NCBI GenBank assembly: GCA_040357565.1
Contig: JBDODJ010000073.1
Strand: one strand, 5' to 3'
Length of the DNA stretch: 57,540 bases
Origin: Cercozoa sp. M6MM
Taxonomy: Eukaryota > Protista > Endomyxa: Ascetosporea
In this document: one piece after another, positions 24,166-37,100 of the stretch
Layout of the letters: each line of letters opens with the position of its first letter
Numbering within the stretch: the stretch's first letter is position 1
Program-made: the position numbers and the translations under genes
Notes under the pieces: model-generated
The model's database searches: none
What the model was told of the DNA's origin: nothing
The model's input: only the letters and a program-made list of their open reading frames with translations

Positions 24166-25765
24166 ATGCTGACGAGTCTTGACTCGGCAGTGTGCTACCG
24201 TCGCGTACGGTACCGGCGCGGTCGGGTTGCGTTGCCAGTTGATTCTGTCTGCAAGGACGGGAACGGAAATGATAGTGAAACGCATGTGCTGTAAAATTCG
24301 GCGCAAGTGCGAAAGCCCGACTGAAGTGGCGGGCGAATGCAAAGCTTGCAGGGTTTCACGTCAACGACAATCATCAGTGGGGAGACTGGAGGCAAGAGAG
24401 CACTCAAAGTAGACGCATGCCCGTGCTTTTGACGAAGCTGCTTCTTTTCGTAAGACGTGTTTTGATCTGCGTGACAGTTGCTCTCGTTTCGAGACGTCCG
24501 TGCAGTATCTCAAGTCGCGTGCTTTCTTCATTGGTGTAAATCTGTGTGCACAGTCGTATGTGTTGTGTTGGCTACACTGCACTGCGGCGTCAGGTAGCGC
24601 TACGTCGGATGTTCAAGTTTGCCGACGGCAGTGTATGCAGTTTAGCCCTGCTAAACGTGAGCCTGTTACTGTGCCGTGCGAACAGGCTCGGCGCCAGTGC
24701 GTGCGTCTACTAAGATCACAGATATTGAGATGCAACTCAAGTCTCCGAGGAAGGTGCCATGGATCTTGCGACCGCCAGAGCAGTCACATTCGACGGTAGA
24801 AGTGCTTCTGAAGGTAAACCCTCGTTGCGGGCAGTTTCTTTCGCCGTTGGTGCCGTTTCATCTCGTGTCACTGTCGTTGTGCAGAACATGGCACGTCAAG
24901 AAACAGCAGCGTTCGACGACGGTTTGTTTCCTAAACTGGTAGGTTTACGGCAAACTAGTATGCAGATGGTCAAACAGAGCTGTAATTTACGCGTATAGGT
25001 TCTCGGCTACCAAACGGCCAAAGGCGTTCACGAATACATACTCAAGGGTATGCTGTAGTTGCAGGCAGAGCTTTACCCCAATAATTCATGAACGATGTTT
25101 ACGAAAGCGTAGTGTCTAACTTCTTGCACTTAACCAAGACGACACAATTGCTGGCATGCTCGATCTTTCATCGATACCTCGGAGAGAAGCTGTAAGTTTA
25201 TCAACACCGTTGACTCCAGAGTACGTTTCGTTTGCCACCCTAGGAAAACGAGGAACGAGTGCGACCTAGCGTCAGAGGTGGAGAGTGTCGCCGTTGTGTC
25301 TCTCATTGTTGCCGTAAAGTTTGAGGTACGGCCTGCCAAGACCTGTGTCGAACGGTACCTGCACATGGCTGGTAGACACAGAATTCCTTGGACGTCGACC
25401 AAGCAAGTAACCTTACAAAGGCACATGTTCGAATTTGGTTTCAACGGGCACTGAGAGTGCAGAATCGTTGACCCAAGGTCGGGTCACCATCGCTACTGCC
25501 CAAAAAGTCGAGCTCGACATCTTATGGACGCTTCAATTTCGCTTGCACATACCGACAGCACAGTACGATAAGAACTCACATTGATCTGCGTACGCTCACT
25601 AAGGTCGAGGCTTGTTTTTCAATGTGCGTTGTGTTCAGCGACCTGGTCAGTCTGTTGCTATGCGATGTTGACTGGCAGGCCATGGACATACCGTCCCGGC
25701 GAGTGGACGAACTGTTGCACCCACGGCGATTTCTGGGCACCGACGCCTCCTCGTACCTGTATTAA
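24166..25765 (+). CDS. Hypothetical protein (multi-exon, boundaries uncertain)
   Basis: Short exons flanked by GT/AG, e.g. EVLLK|NMARQETAAFDDGLFPKL|VLGYQTAKGVHEYILK. No recognised domain. Confidence 0.35.
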
Positions 25766-25817
25766 TTGTCCAACTTAGGTTGTTTAATTCACTTTGTATT
25801 CATGCGTATTTGATGTC

Positions 25818-26848
25818 TCACTGCAGCGCAATCGGGCGTAAAAGACCCAAGGAACTTGCCGTATGTGTCTTGCATTTGTACTGTTTGGGATGTACCACCG
25901 ATGCGTATACGTGGTACTGATGCAGATTCAAGTTATTGAGCACATAGCGTCCGAGTTCGACCTCGACATTAGTGACAGTGTTATTGGACAGCGACTTGAG
26001 TTGTTGGGTCGATTGAGTGCGTGATCGACTCAAAACTGCGTTGTTTACTTACTAGAAATTCTATTCGGTTCTCTTAACACCTTTCTGATTCCTACGTTAG
26101 TATCGACCTGGTGGAGGCGAGCTTGAGTTTGTCGTTGGTCCCATACCTCGCGGATACACCAAATGCCGACCTGCCGAGTCAACATGCTCCTACAGATACA
26201 TCGGCGGTGTAGCAGTGTATCGATATGTTGATGTGAATATACACCTGTACCTCAGTGTACACGTATCGTCGGCACAAAAATGAGAGAAGCACGAAAACTG
26301 GCCCACCGATAGCAAAGAAAGCGCCCACCACAATGAGCGATACACCGAGCATGAGAGTGGAATTCTCGTCCGAGTTGGTGGCTGCCAGAGCAATGCCTGC
26401 GCTCAGCGACGCCAGGCCTAGCAAAATCGCAACCACCAGCAGCACGTACTTGACTGTTGTTCGACCTTCAGGTGTCCTGCGGTGCAACATACCATCGTTG
26501 TGACAGTACTCTAAATATAACATGATGAGATACTCGGCACGGTGACTGCAGACACTGACAGGCTGTAAAGGTGGAGCAATCGGGTATGATGCCGCGTGTG
26601 CGGGCGAGTGCACCGGAACTGGCACTCCTTGCGCACTGAGATGTTCAACATAAAAGACAGGAAGGATCAATAAAGTTTGAGGCTTCAGTAAATGCATACC
26701 TGAGATCGGCGTACCAGGGAACTGATGCACCGTACGCCATCCCAAAACGCACCGATGGCAAATGGGAGTATCGATACTTTGCGAATGTCGTTGAGCTACA
26801 TACTTTAGGTCTCTTTAACCGCTGACGCAAAAAGTTGCGGTAAGGCAT
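25818..26848 (-). CDS. Hypothetical two-TM membrane protein
   Basis: Two hydrophobic helices (YVLLVVAILLGLASLSAGIALA; LMLGVSLIVVGAFFAIGGPVFVLLSFL) within a spliceable frame. Confidence 0.5.
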
Positions 26849-27004
26849 GTTCGAGACGGGAACTCGCAGTGAACCGAAACACGGGGCCTACCCCTAAATA
26901 AATAAATTGAGAAAAAAGCTCGGTTTTTCCGTTTCGGCACGAACTGAAACGCGACATTGCTCGGCGTTTTTAACAAGCTCTAAATTTACTTACTTGACTG
27001 CCAA

Positions 27005-27478
27005 ATGCTCAGACTTCATCATCGAGCTCGTCACGCGGCCAGGCCTGCGACAGTGCCGCCAACTTAAGCGCTTCAGTGCCGACGATGGATTTGGCGTTAC
27101 TCTGTGTGCTTGTGCTCGTAGATTTCTGGTCAAAGCGCTTCCACAGGCGATGCATTGTCCAACCCCAACAGACCGCGAACAGTGTCCACGTGATCACTAC
27201 GGAAACAGTTTTGTGCTGACTGATAAATGTGGTGTGACGTGCGTACCATTCAGCGCAGTGACGGCAGCAATCAAGCCATGTCCGTGTGCGATGGTTCGAA
27301 GGAACGACACAAGTCCGACAGCAGACTGGCCGGGACCTACTCAAGAGAAGAAACGTACTGGGTTTCAGTTCAAAAACATCATAGGTTCGTCTACCAGCAA
27401 CGATGGCGCACACAGAATACGCAAGGATAACACCGGACAAACTGTAGGTACAGCAAATCATATACACACTCACTCACA

Positions 27479-27525
<47 letters not shown>

Positions 27526-29012
27526 CATGTGTCAATGTAAACCACCTGATCCTGTTAGTATCGACTCGTTGCGATCCGATGAGAACCAAATCATCGTGTC
27601 GAACGACCTCGCTATCGACCTGCTGGCCAATGTTTTCTCGTTGGTAACCCCTCCCTTTGTTCCCCTTCACCCTCTCTTACCCTCCCCTTGACCCCTCTGT
27701 GCATGTGTCTTGTTGCAGGGCCTCGTGGTCAACGTGTACCTGCTGCAGAAACTCGGTTTTCCGACCGACGCGGAAAGGCAGATGCGTCGCGATACTCACG
27801 CGCATGTGCAGGCCTCGCGACGCTCGCAAATACATGCGGTAACTACCCCCCCCCTCTGCAGCCCCTTCGCCCTTTACCTCTTTGTTCCACAGGGCCTACA
27901 CACACCGGCACTGCAAGCGACATCGCCGGTGCAGCATCCGGGCTTACACATCGAACTGGCTCACTCGAGCGACAGTCGCACGCAGAGCAGCGAATTGTGC
28001 GCGCACCTCCACGTGCCTGTACTGCCTGCTGACTCATCTATGGGGGGAGGGGGGGTAAGGTATGTTTGTATGTAGCGATCCGTTCCGCAGAGTCGTCGTG
28101 GTAGCGCGCTTTTCGCGTCGTTTGCGTCCTACGTACGTCGCAGGTACAAGGTCATCTGTACCCAACTTTTTGTTTTTATTGTGTCTGCGTGTGGACACAG
28201 CTCGCTGTTCCGACGGCAGGCCAACATACCCGAGGACGGTCTGCTCACTGGCAGTGGTACCCGTGATTCCCTGTCTGACTCACTCGACTAAAGCATCTGT
28301 ATGGGTGGGCAGAAGTGAGACAACAACAACTGCAGCGACAACTGGAACAGCGGTTAAGACAACAACGGCAACAACAAGGAAAACAACAACAACAACAACA
28401 ACAAGGAAAACAACAAGAAGGAAGACAAGAAGGAAGACAACAACAGCACACAATGTCAAGTCAAGGCAGTGCGCGGAGTATACACATCGATATGCATGGT
28501 ATGTCTTCCCTCCAGTACACACGTCTCGTGTCCCCATTAGTACCCCCCCCCCACCTCGACTTTTCAGACGACTCCTCGAGCGACATCATCGAAGAAAACG
28601 AAGTCGCCGACGACAGCGATCTCGGCGCTCCGTCAGTTCCGTACACGGTGCGTTTCTCTGATCTGACGCTGCCTGTCTTGAGTTTGATCCGCCCTTTGTA
28701 CTTACAGGTACCTCACGTGATCGCGCTGCCTCGATGTCTTAGCGAGAGCGACGACGACGACGACGGGGACCTGCCTAGCAAGGCTGCACCGGAGCGAACT
28801 CACTCACCGCGGGACACGCAGCGGCCGCGCAAGACACCAACGGCACACGATGACTTTGCCCGTCTCGTCGGCCCGCGTGTGCGCATGGGTACCATTCCTC
28901 CCTTGTTTTTTTTTTGGTCGCACATGTGTGTTTGTCGGTCTTGGCCAGGCTCGAGAAGTGCCTCGGTTGGTCGCTCTGTCTCAACGCGCCGTCCCAGCAG
29001 AGGCAGGACTAG
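27005..29012 (+). CDS. Hypothetical protein with Q-rich and acidic low-complexity segments (start uncertain)
   Basis: Multiple GT-AG introns. The exon near 28315-28498 encodes poly-Q (CAA repeats); later exons are D/E-rich. Confidence 0.4.
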
Positions 29013-29232
29013 ATCTTTGCGCCGCCGCTCCACCCAATCGGCTCAATTGCGCTGATTGGAAACGATAGCCCAACTGCGCTCGGGTTTGCTTGATTTATTG
29101 TTCAGTTACGTTACTTTACGTATATTTTCATATCCGATCGTATACGATCCACGTGAAGAGAAACTTGAAACGACGCGAGTCGAGTGTGGGCGGAAATGTG
29201 CGAATGAAATGTGCGAATAAGTCGAATCGAGT

Positions 29233-30179
29233 CTACTCGGCCTTGATCGGCAGGAAGGTGCCCTCCGGGTGCTTGCTGGACACAAGCGGCTTGCCCGGAC
29301 GCCACATGTACGTCAAGGCAAGCGCCAGCACGGCCGGGATGATCGCCGCCGGGATCGAACGCTGGGCCTGCAGAGGTCTCCATTATCATCTAACCAAAAG
29401 GTGCAAAACGACAGAGGAAACGCACGACAAGCTTGTGGTTCTTGAGCGACATCGGCATGCTCTCCCAGAACATGTGACGCAGACCGGCGTACGAGTGGTA
29501 CGTGAAGCCGAACAGCAGCAGGAAGCGCAGCGGCGACCACTGGCCAACCTGAGCAACACGCGAAACCACATCCCTTATCTCCCCCCGCTGTACAAGAACG
29601 CAACTGTACCTGCGTGGCAATGTCGATCGTGTCGTACTCCATAACGTTGAGAACGAGGCCAAGCGAGAAAGCACCTACGCAACGCGCACAAGGCCACTCG
29701 ATTCCCACTAAACCCGGACAAAAAAAACAGTACCAGCAAGGGCGACGCCAGCAATGCGGAAGGCGATCGACGCAATGGCAGTGTGCGGGAACTTGTAGAT
29801 CGTCACATGCGGCGAGATTGGCCGGCTACAAGCAACGCAACTCAACAAGGTATAAAACTACGCGCTGTGCGAGTGCGTTGTACCGCTTGGCGGCCTTAGC
29901 CAGCGTGGCAGCGGCCTGCTCCTGAGACACCGTCGTGATTGAAACCTGTCGGGCGCACGAGCGCGCTGCGAAACCACAAAATCCATTCACCACCAAAGTT
30001 TTCACACTATGGTTTCCAATGGTGGGTCAGACAACAAATGCTGAAAATGCAACGCAGGCATCGATTTGTTGGGCATATGCAAGAGCGTGCGCTCAGAACA
30101 AGCCACAAAACGCTTCTGCATTGCAAAAAAGAAAAAACAGCAAGCACATCTTACCGAGACGAGCGGCACGAGTGAACAT
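29233..30179 (-). CDS. SDHC: Succinate dehydrogenase cytochrome b subunit (SDH3/SDHC), nuclear-encoded with a mitochondrial presequence
   Basis: RPISPHVTIYKFPHTAIASIAFRIAG and FGFTYHSYAGLRHMFWE are SDH3 signatures. The first exon MFTRAARL is presequence-like. Confidence 0.88.
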
Positions 30180-30623
30180 TGTATCTTCACAGAGAGAACG
30201 CCGTGGAGAACACTAGACGCGAACGTCCTCGGTAATCAGTTTATCGGCTCACTCGGTTCATTTTGAGCCCATTGCGTAAAACAGCTTTTCCCGCGTTCTG
30301 TATGCATTAGCCGAGACTGCGTCCAGAAATCGAACTTTTCATTGAATGAAAAACAATCTTTGGAGTTCGGGAGCCGTTAAAATTCTGCCTTCGGACTTCG
30401 ACGTCGGCACGTGCTGACCTGAAGATCTTCAAGTGAATTTCCAGTGCGAGAAATCGCCTGCTAGGGCTTTGTCAACCAAGTTCTGGTACGTTTGTGAGTC
30501 TACAAATTACGTGACATTGACCGGACTCGACCACATTGGTTTTGGCTTGGCGCTTTTCGCGTTTTGAGTTTGTCGCTCTTTTTTTTGGCGTAGCCTCTGT
30601 TCAACCGTTTTCGCGTGCGTAGG

Positions 30624-31476
30624 ATGGTCGAAACTGTGATGATTGACGTTCAAATAGACGAAGACGTTATGTCTGCCGAGTTAGAATTTGCTCCTCCGAC
30701 AGAGGAAGAACTGACAGTGCCACCAGACCGGACAGAAGAGCCGAACAGTCGCGATGCGCTCTTTTCCGATACAGAGATTCCGGCCATGGTAATTGCATTT
30801 CCTCAGTTCCGTGTGTTCAAAGCACACTACACTCATGCATTGTGCTTGTGCAGAAAGAAGAAGGAGGCAAGAAGGAGAGCGCCAAGAAACTCGTCTTGCA
30901 GGCCAAGAACTACTTGGTAGCTTTGTGTGTCTTCGATTTTTGTGCACTAGACTAACACTAATATTGTTAGACCGATGCCTGGCACGCCGACCTGCAAACC
31001 GACAAGAAGTCGATGGCGCTTCTGCGAGTTATGCGCACACTCGCACTGACAGCGCCTGCGCTTGCGTACACTTAAGTTTAGATTTAACTTGCCATGTCTG
31101 GTGTAGTGCACGCACAGTTCATTGGATATGTCTGTTCACTGTGTAGCACATGGAACATCCTGTGTCAGACACTGCTGTTGTTTGTGGTTGGCGAAGTCGA
31201 TGCCGCTGCCGGTTTCGTGGTAAGCTACTTGCATTATCTAGCTTTGCTCGCGTCTTTGTATTTCTCCTGAATTATGCCTTGCACAGTGGTCGATCGTGAC
31301 GGGTCTGCTGTTTGCAATGGGTTCCTTGGCGGCATTCAATGCGGCTCGCGTGTGTCTGCAGACTCGCGCGTCGGCCGCCACATGGATCAAGTTCTTTGTG
31401 TACCTTACCTTTATGCAAACAGTGATATATATATATATATATATATATATAGATTTATAGATGTGTGTGTGTGTGT

Positions 31477-31546
<70 letters not shown>

Positions 31547-31642
31547 GATGGCCAGGAGTGCCGTGGCGTCGGCAAAGACAGCGCCGGCGAGAGATACGTT
31601 CTGCTGCGCAATGTCGCTGATGACGTGTCGTGCCACCGATGA
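30624..31642 (+). CDS. Hypothetical membrane protein (acidic N-terminus, ~2 TM segments)
   Basis: MVETVMIDVQIDEDV... first exon; hydrophobic exons ILCQTLLLFVV and WSIVTGLLFAMGSLAAF; GT-AG introns. Confidence 0.4.
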
Positions 31643-32835
31643 CGTCGGCAAGGCGTGCGCTGTGCCTGTACAAACGAGTCCCTTCTTAAGGCTGCGTCCA
31701 GTCCAGTGTGCGTCCACTTTTGGTTAAGGGTACGACGCATGCGTGCTGCACTGCCCAGGAAGGCGGCGGCCACGACGATCAGCTCGGTCGAGTAGAGCAG
31801 TTGTGGTACCACTGCACCACACACACATGCGCATTGGAGGAGATGAAAGGGGGTAAAGAGGGGGCAAGGAGGGGAGTAAGGAGAGGCAAGAAGGGGGAAG
31901 ACGGGCAAGGAGGTGTCCATTCGTACAAGCACGGTCGTCCTCCGCGTGGTAGATCGCACGCAGAGCTATGTGCAAGCACGCCGACACTAGCGTCCATACC
32001 TGCCCATACGGGGAGGGGGTGTAAATTACGGTTACAGGTAGTAACAGAGAGTGACAGGGAGTAACGGGGATTGGGTAACAGGGAGGGGGGAAGGGTAAAA
32101 GGGGAGTTACGTAGACCAGATGAAACTCAAAGCGCGAGAGCGAGCGCGGCGTCTGAATGTCACTCGTCATGGCGTACCATTCGGCCACGACCAGACTGTT
32201 CAGTCGTAGAAATAGACCATCTGGCCGTACAGAAGGACTGTATAGATGGACCGTACAAGAGCGAGGACGTGCGTAGCACAGCATGTGCCGTCCACAGGTA
32301 GGCACCAGTCCGGCGCAGCGAGTGCTTGCGGTCTTCGTCCACGCGGTCGTATTTGACCACTGTGAGAACGACACTGTAGGCCAGCAGGCACAGCAGTGCG
32401 CACACCAGTGTCAGAGCCACTGCGATGGAAGTGACACGGAGGTAACAGGAGGAGGGTGAAAGGGAGGTAAGGGCATGTACCAACACTACGCAGCTGCAGT
32501 GCTCGTAACCGCCTACACAGCACCGCATTACAAAAGTCAAAACAAATTTAATCCAAAGCACCTCCATGCCAGCACACGCCGCCAGCCGTGTTCGCTTTGA
32601 GAGACACGGCGCACGAACAGCAGCAGCAAAGCCTACTCAAACATACTCATACACACATATACTCACACACACACTCACCTACACATACACACATACACAT
32701 AATCACACAGATACGGATTTGTACAGTAGGAGAGGGGAGGGTACCACAACGCATACGAGTTGTTGCACGTATCTGGAAAGCACAAACACGCACACATTGA
32801 TTGTGATCTTTTACATTGAGTGACCAAAACGGCAT
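31545..32835 (-). CDS. Hypothetical multi-pass (GPCR-like) membrane protein; 3' end uncertain
   Basis: Cys-rich N-terminal exons, then several TM exons (IAVALTLVCALLCLLAYSVVL; LNSLVVAEWY; VWTLVSACLHIAL; ELIVVAAAFLGSA). Confidence 0.4.
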
Positions 32836-33093
32836 GATACGCGAACGGGGCTAGGTGACTCATTTTAGAGACTGGCACCGGCCAGTCACTGTGGGTGGTG
32901 TTTGCACGTGCCTGGTCTCGCGCCCAATGTCCAAGCAGTAGCGTAGATGATCGATCTTGCACTGTCTTGCGAGGCCGGCACTCCGATGTCAATGAAAATA
33001 AAAGACCGCTTTCTTGCGTCCCTCTGTCGCTCCGTGTGGTGCTGGTGTGTCCTTGTGTTCCTGAAACCCGGAAATACCGACTAAATCTTCAAG

Positions 33094-33654
33094 ATGGTAC
33101 ATTCCAAGGTCATTGTTTGTTCTGGTTGGGTTGGGTATTTTGGGACATGATGGTGAATGCAGGCCCAGGCAGAGAAGCTGTCGGTGCGTTCGCAGCTAGA
33201 GCACCTCGCCATGAAGGAGGTGGGCACTGGTCACCCGGAAATCACGCAGTTGTACCGAATTTTATCGATTGTTTTGCTGGTCTGGAGAAGGAAAATTAGG
33301 TTTGGTGCGCAGTGAGTGGGTCACCAACATTCACCGCGATTCCTGTGCCTCCTACATTGGACACGTGCCCATCCTTTCCTACATGGCTGCTGTAAATTAC
33401 CACTCACTTGTCTCAGTTTTCTCCTTTGAGTGGGGTGTATGCACAGGCCGACGGCATGTCGCAAGAGCGCATGCGATGCGAAATGTTCCGACGCATGGTC
33501 CGACCTTGCGGCATGAGACCGGTAGACTCTTGGCTTTAATCGTGTGTAGGTGTTTGTGCTTATGTCCTTGGGTGAGTAGAGAAACCTTTTGGACGCCGAA
33601 GAGGACGAGGACGAGGAGATGGCAGACGAGCAAGTTGGTGAATCGAAGCAGTAA
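33094..33654 (+). CDS. SF3B5: Splicing factor 3B subunit 5 (SF3b10)
   Basis: Spliced SQLEHLAMKEVGTGHPEITQFEWVTNIHRDSCASYIGH...RMVRPCG matches the SF3B5 motif string. The start is either an ATG-only exon at 33094 or the ATG at 33157. Confidence 0.9.
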
Positions 33655-33771
33655 ATGAAAGCGAAGTAACGAATCGCCTGTCTGAATGCACGACGCGCGA
33701 AGTCCCGACTCGAACTCGACTCGTACTGTGATCTCGTCTATGAGAACTCGATTCAGCTTTCTTGACGTCCA

Positions 33772-34038
33772 GTTAGTTAGTTGAGTCTTCTCGAAAACCA
33801 ACTATCGTATGTAGTTCCCCTGCACCAGTCTGGGGTGGGGAAACGAGAGCATGGCCATGTCTACCGCCCGCTTAGGGTAGGACCATACAACTCACCTTTT
33901 GACGTTCCCCAGACATTGAAGTCGACTTCATGGTTGGTGTAGGTAGCGGGCTACAAGTAGAGAGGCGTCGCAGGCGGCGTAGGATCGTCCCGTCGTCGTC
34001 CTCCCGTCTCTCCACTCGATAACTAAACAAAACAAACA
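33772..34038 (-). mobile_element. Short non-LTR retroelement insertion (5'-truncated LINE or SINE) with a (TAAC)n tail
   Basis: Flanked by 15-bp direct repeats ctttcttgacgtcca (33757-33771) and cttccttgacgtcca (34039-34053), 14/15 identical. The minus-strand 3' end is CAACTAACTAAC. The last ~100 bp recur at 39533-39624. Confidence 0.65.
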
Positions 34039-34110
34039 CTTCCTTGACGTCCACTTATTAACTAATAAACGGTTATTACAATACATACAACTATAGGTCA
34101 GGGCCGAGGT

Positions 34111-37100
34111 TTAGTCCGAGAAGCCACGGAGAAGGGCATGGGCATGATCCCCCTTTGTCATCTCTTCACTTGAGAGCTGACGTCGCGCTTGAGCTGTTCC
34201 GACGTCCGGTGCTTCTGAATTGACTTGAATGTCTTGCCTAAAATGTGTCACCTAATTTATTGAGTTTGGTTATAAAATCTCAATATGCTAATAATACCAG
34301 TCTGGCGGAAGTCGCAGCTCACAGCCAAGGCAATCGAGCTCAATTTTGATGTGACACCGAGAACGGACACTACACCGTAGTGACCATAAGATCAAAACTC
34401 TGCGGTAACCTCAGACTGTAGGATACCAAACAACAGGGTAGAAGCGATACACATCACTTTTGGTCAACGTAGTGGCATTGTCGTCGCGCATGGGAAGAGT
34501 CGCCACAACCTTGTTTCCCGACTTACTCTTGATCAGCTTCGAGTTTTTGAAGATAGATACGGCACCTGGCAAGAAACATCCGGTAAAGAACAGTTGTAAG
34601 AAAGGGAAAAATTTGGACTGCACCAGACTCCTGATCCAAAAATATGCCGAAGCGGTCTCTGCAAGGATTCCGGCGTATTGTTTTAAACGCAAAACAAGCT
34701 AGCTTGCATCCGTTGTCTAGAAAACCAACTCCGGTACCCGTTGCGAATGTGAGTTCCAGTGGATACAGCACATCCCGAGCGAATAGCTGCGCCTGTAGAA
34801 CAACAAAAGCCAAACGACGGAATCATCGAGGTGCCTCCAACGAATGCGCTTGCGTTGGCGTAGCAGACGTCTACCATCACATTTCGACTTTGCCGTATAC
34901 CTTTTCATCGTTTCCCTCGAGTGGTTGTACCAATTCCTCTGGCAATTCCCAAGATGCAGATCCGGCTTTCCGCCACGGTTGGGTAGTACGCCTGTGACAC
35001 GTGTCCTATACACCAATCGGTAAAGTGTAGCTTCAGTTTAAATCTGTTTTCTTGAACTCAACCAGAGAGATACCTAAGCCTTCGAGAATTCTAAACTCAA
35101 AGTAGCTGTGGTTCCCAATCAATGGGTTCGCGGCTGTATTAAACACACACAGACTTGTCGAAGTATTGCACAGGAAAAACGTAGCGTCAGTGTAAATTTA
35201 CCTCTAACAACGCTCCAACCATTGTCGGGTCGGCATCGCATTGCCACCAAGTTGGCGTTGTCTACGGAATGCACGGAACCAGTGAGCCCACCGCTGACAC
35301 CTTTCGTTCGACAGGTTGCAGACCAGTAGTTGCCCAGTTTTGAGGTCTAAAAAAAGATAATTTGTCGGAAAAATCAAAGGTTAGAGTTCACTGAAAGGTG
35401 TAAAATAACTCCATCATTTACCTTTTCTTCGTGCAGAGTTTGAGCCATTGCACGGCTCTTTGTGATCGCATGCAAACGCTGCTTCGATTCCACGGCGGGC
35501 AAGATGCGAACAGCAGCCCCACATCCTGTCAGCGAAACCGCGAAACACAAGGAGCCGCTGATGTTTGAAAAGGCGACACCTGCTTGCAGCGGGGCACCGC
35601 AAAAAAGGGAATTCAATATAAAGTATCTAATTTTTGTGGCATAGGGACTTGAAAGCACCTTGCGTCACGCCGTTTTTGAAGAATTCAATTGTTTTGTTGG
35701 GAAAGTCAAGACAAACCCCGATGACATCACCGGTGGTGTAGCTATCGCCGTAGGGGTGATCCTCGGTTCCAGCGTACACTTTGTTGCCCGAGGCAACGTA
35801 GCCCCAGCTTTGATTTCCTTTGCCTACCCTACGGATACCCCCGGGTTTGTGATATCCGAATACTTCACTTGTTTTCATCCCATCCGTTGAGTGAAACACT
35901 TTACCAAACCGTCCGTGCTTCTACAAACCCAAACTAAGTTGCACCAATGTTAGAGCGGAAACAGGAACACCGATCTCGAAATCCGTTGGTACAACCCCGA
36001 TAACCGCTCTGCGAAATCGGTATACCCAGTAAATGACAGTTCCGAGAAGGACCAGCTTTGCAGGTACACTGTTGAAACACCTCCATGTATTCGAAGTAGA
36101 CGCATCATTGGCAATCTCTACACCACTTAAAGTCAAAGATAAAAACTGAAATCCTCATTCAACTTTTGTTGTTACCAAACTCAACAAAGTGTCTTCCGGA
36201 AGAGCAGCTGCGAGCTGACTTCGCCAAGGTCCACCTGTCCTTACACCCTTCGTTCACCGCAACGGTAGGAGCCGAAAGAAACGGATCCGACATGACATCG
36301 GTCAGGGTTTTGCCTTCCAACTGAGGGTATCGGAGGGAAGTGGAGTGCTTGTTTGAGAATATTGGGTCAAAGAAGTGGTGCTGCGTTTGTGTAAGCAGCT
36401 GCTCTTGTGCATGGTGGAATTCATGCAATGCAACAAGTGCACAGCAGTCCGTCTGGCGCCTTTCCAAGAGTCTTTGTGCAGCAACACGATGCACTACAGT
36501 TGGTGGAACTTCGTGCACGATTTCGTAGAGCGAGTTGTCCCCTAAATATGAGAAATGGAAGGGAGGAAGGGCAACAGTAAACGATGTTCGTAAAGGAGAT
36601 ATGGGTGATGCGGGAAGGGGGAAGGAGCAGGAAAAACAGTGCTGCAAAAACGAACCTGTCTATTGAACTAATTTACCAGTGCAGGAAACGGCAGGATAGA
36701 ATCGAACACGAGGAATTTTGTCGAACGCGACGCCTTGTGATTTGCCATTCTTAAAGAATTCAATTGAGCGATCTTCGTAGTCGACCTAAACGGGAAACAC
36801 GCTTCATGTAGTATTGATTCATAGATCTTTGTTGGTTAACCTATTAGGTTCCTGGGACCGAATACACTGGTAATAAAACCTACCAGACAGCCGATGACAT
36901 CGCCTTTGGCATATGGCTCGCCGTACCGCTCGTGCCTGTTGCTTGAGTTAACTTTACCTCCGTTGCCAGAGATATATCCATAAGAGTTGCCAGTCCCGAC
37001 CCATCTTCTGACACCTATCAGGGATTTAGAATAGATTTCTATTCTACAAAACCAGAAGTGCATGCTCAAAACTGAACTGAATTGTACCCACAAGATCGAA

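Noticed and set aside
33770-33872. HDV-like or hammerhead ribozyme, or Fanzor/TnpB guide RNA
   Set aside because: I could not build the required pairings or catalytic motifs by eye, and no RuvC-type ORF lies nearby.
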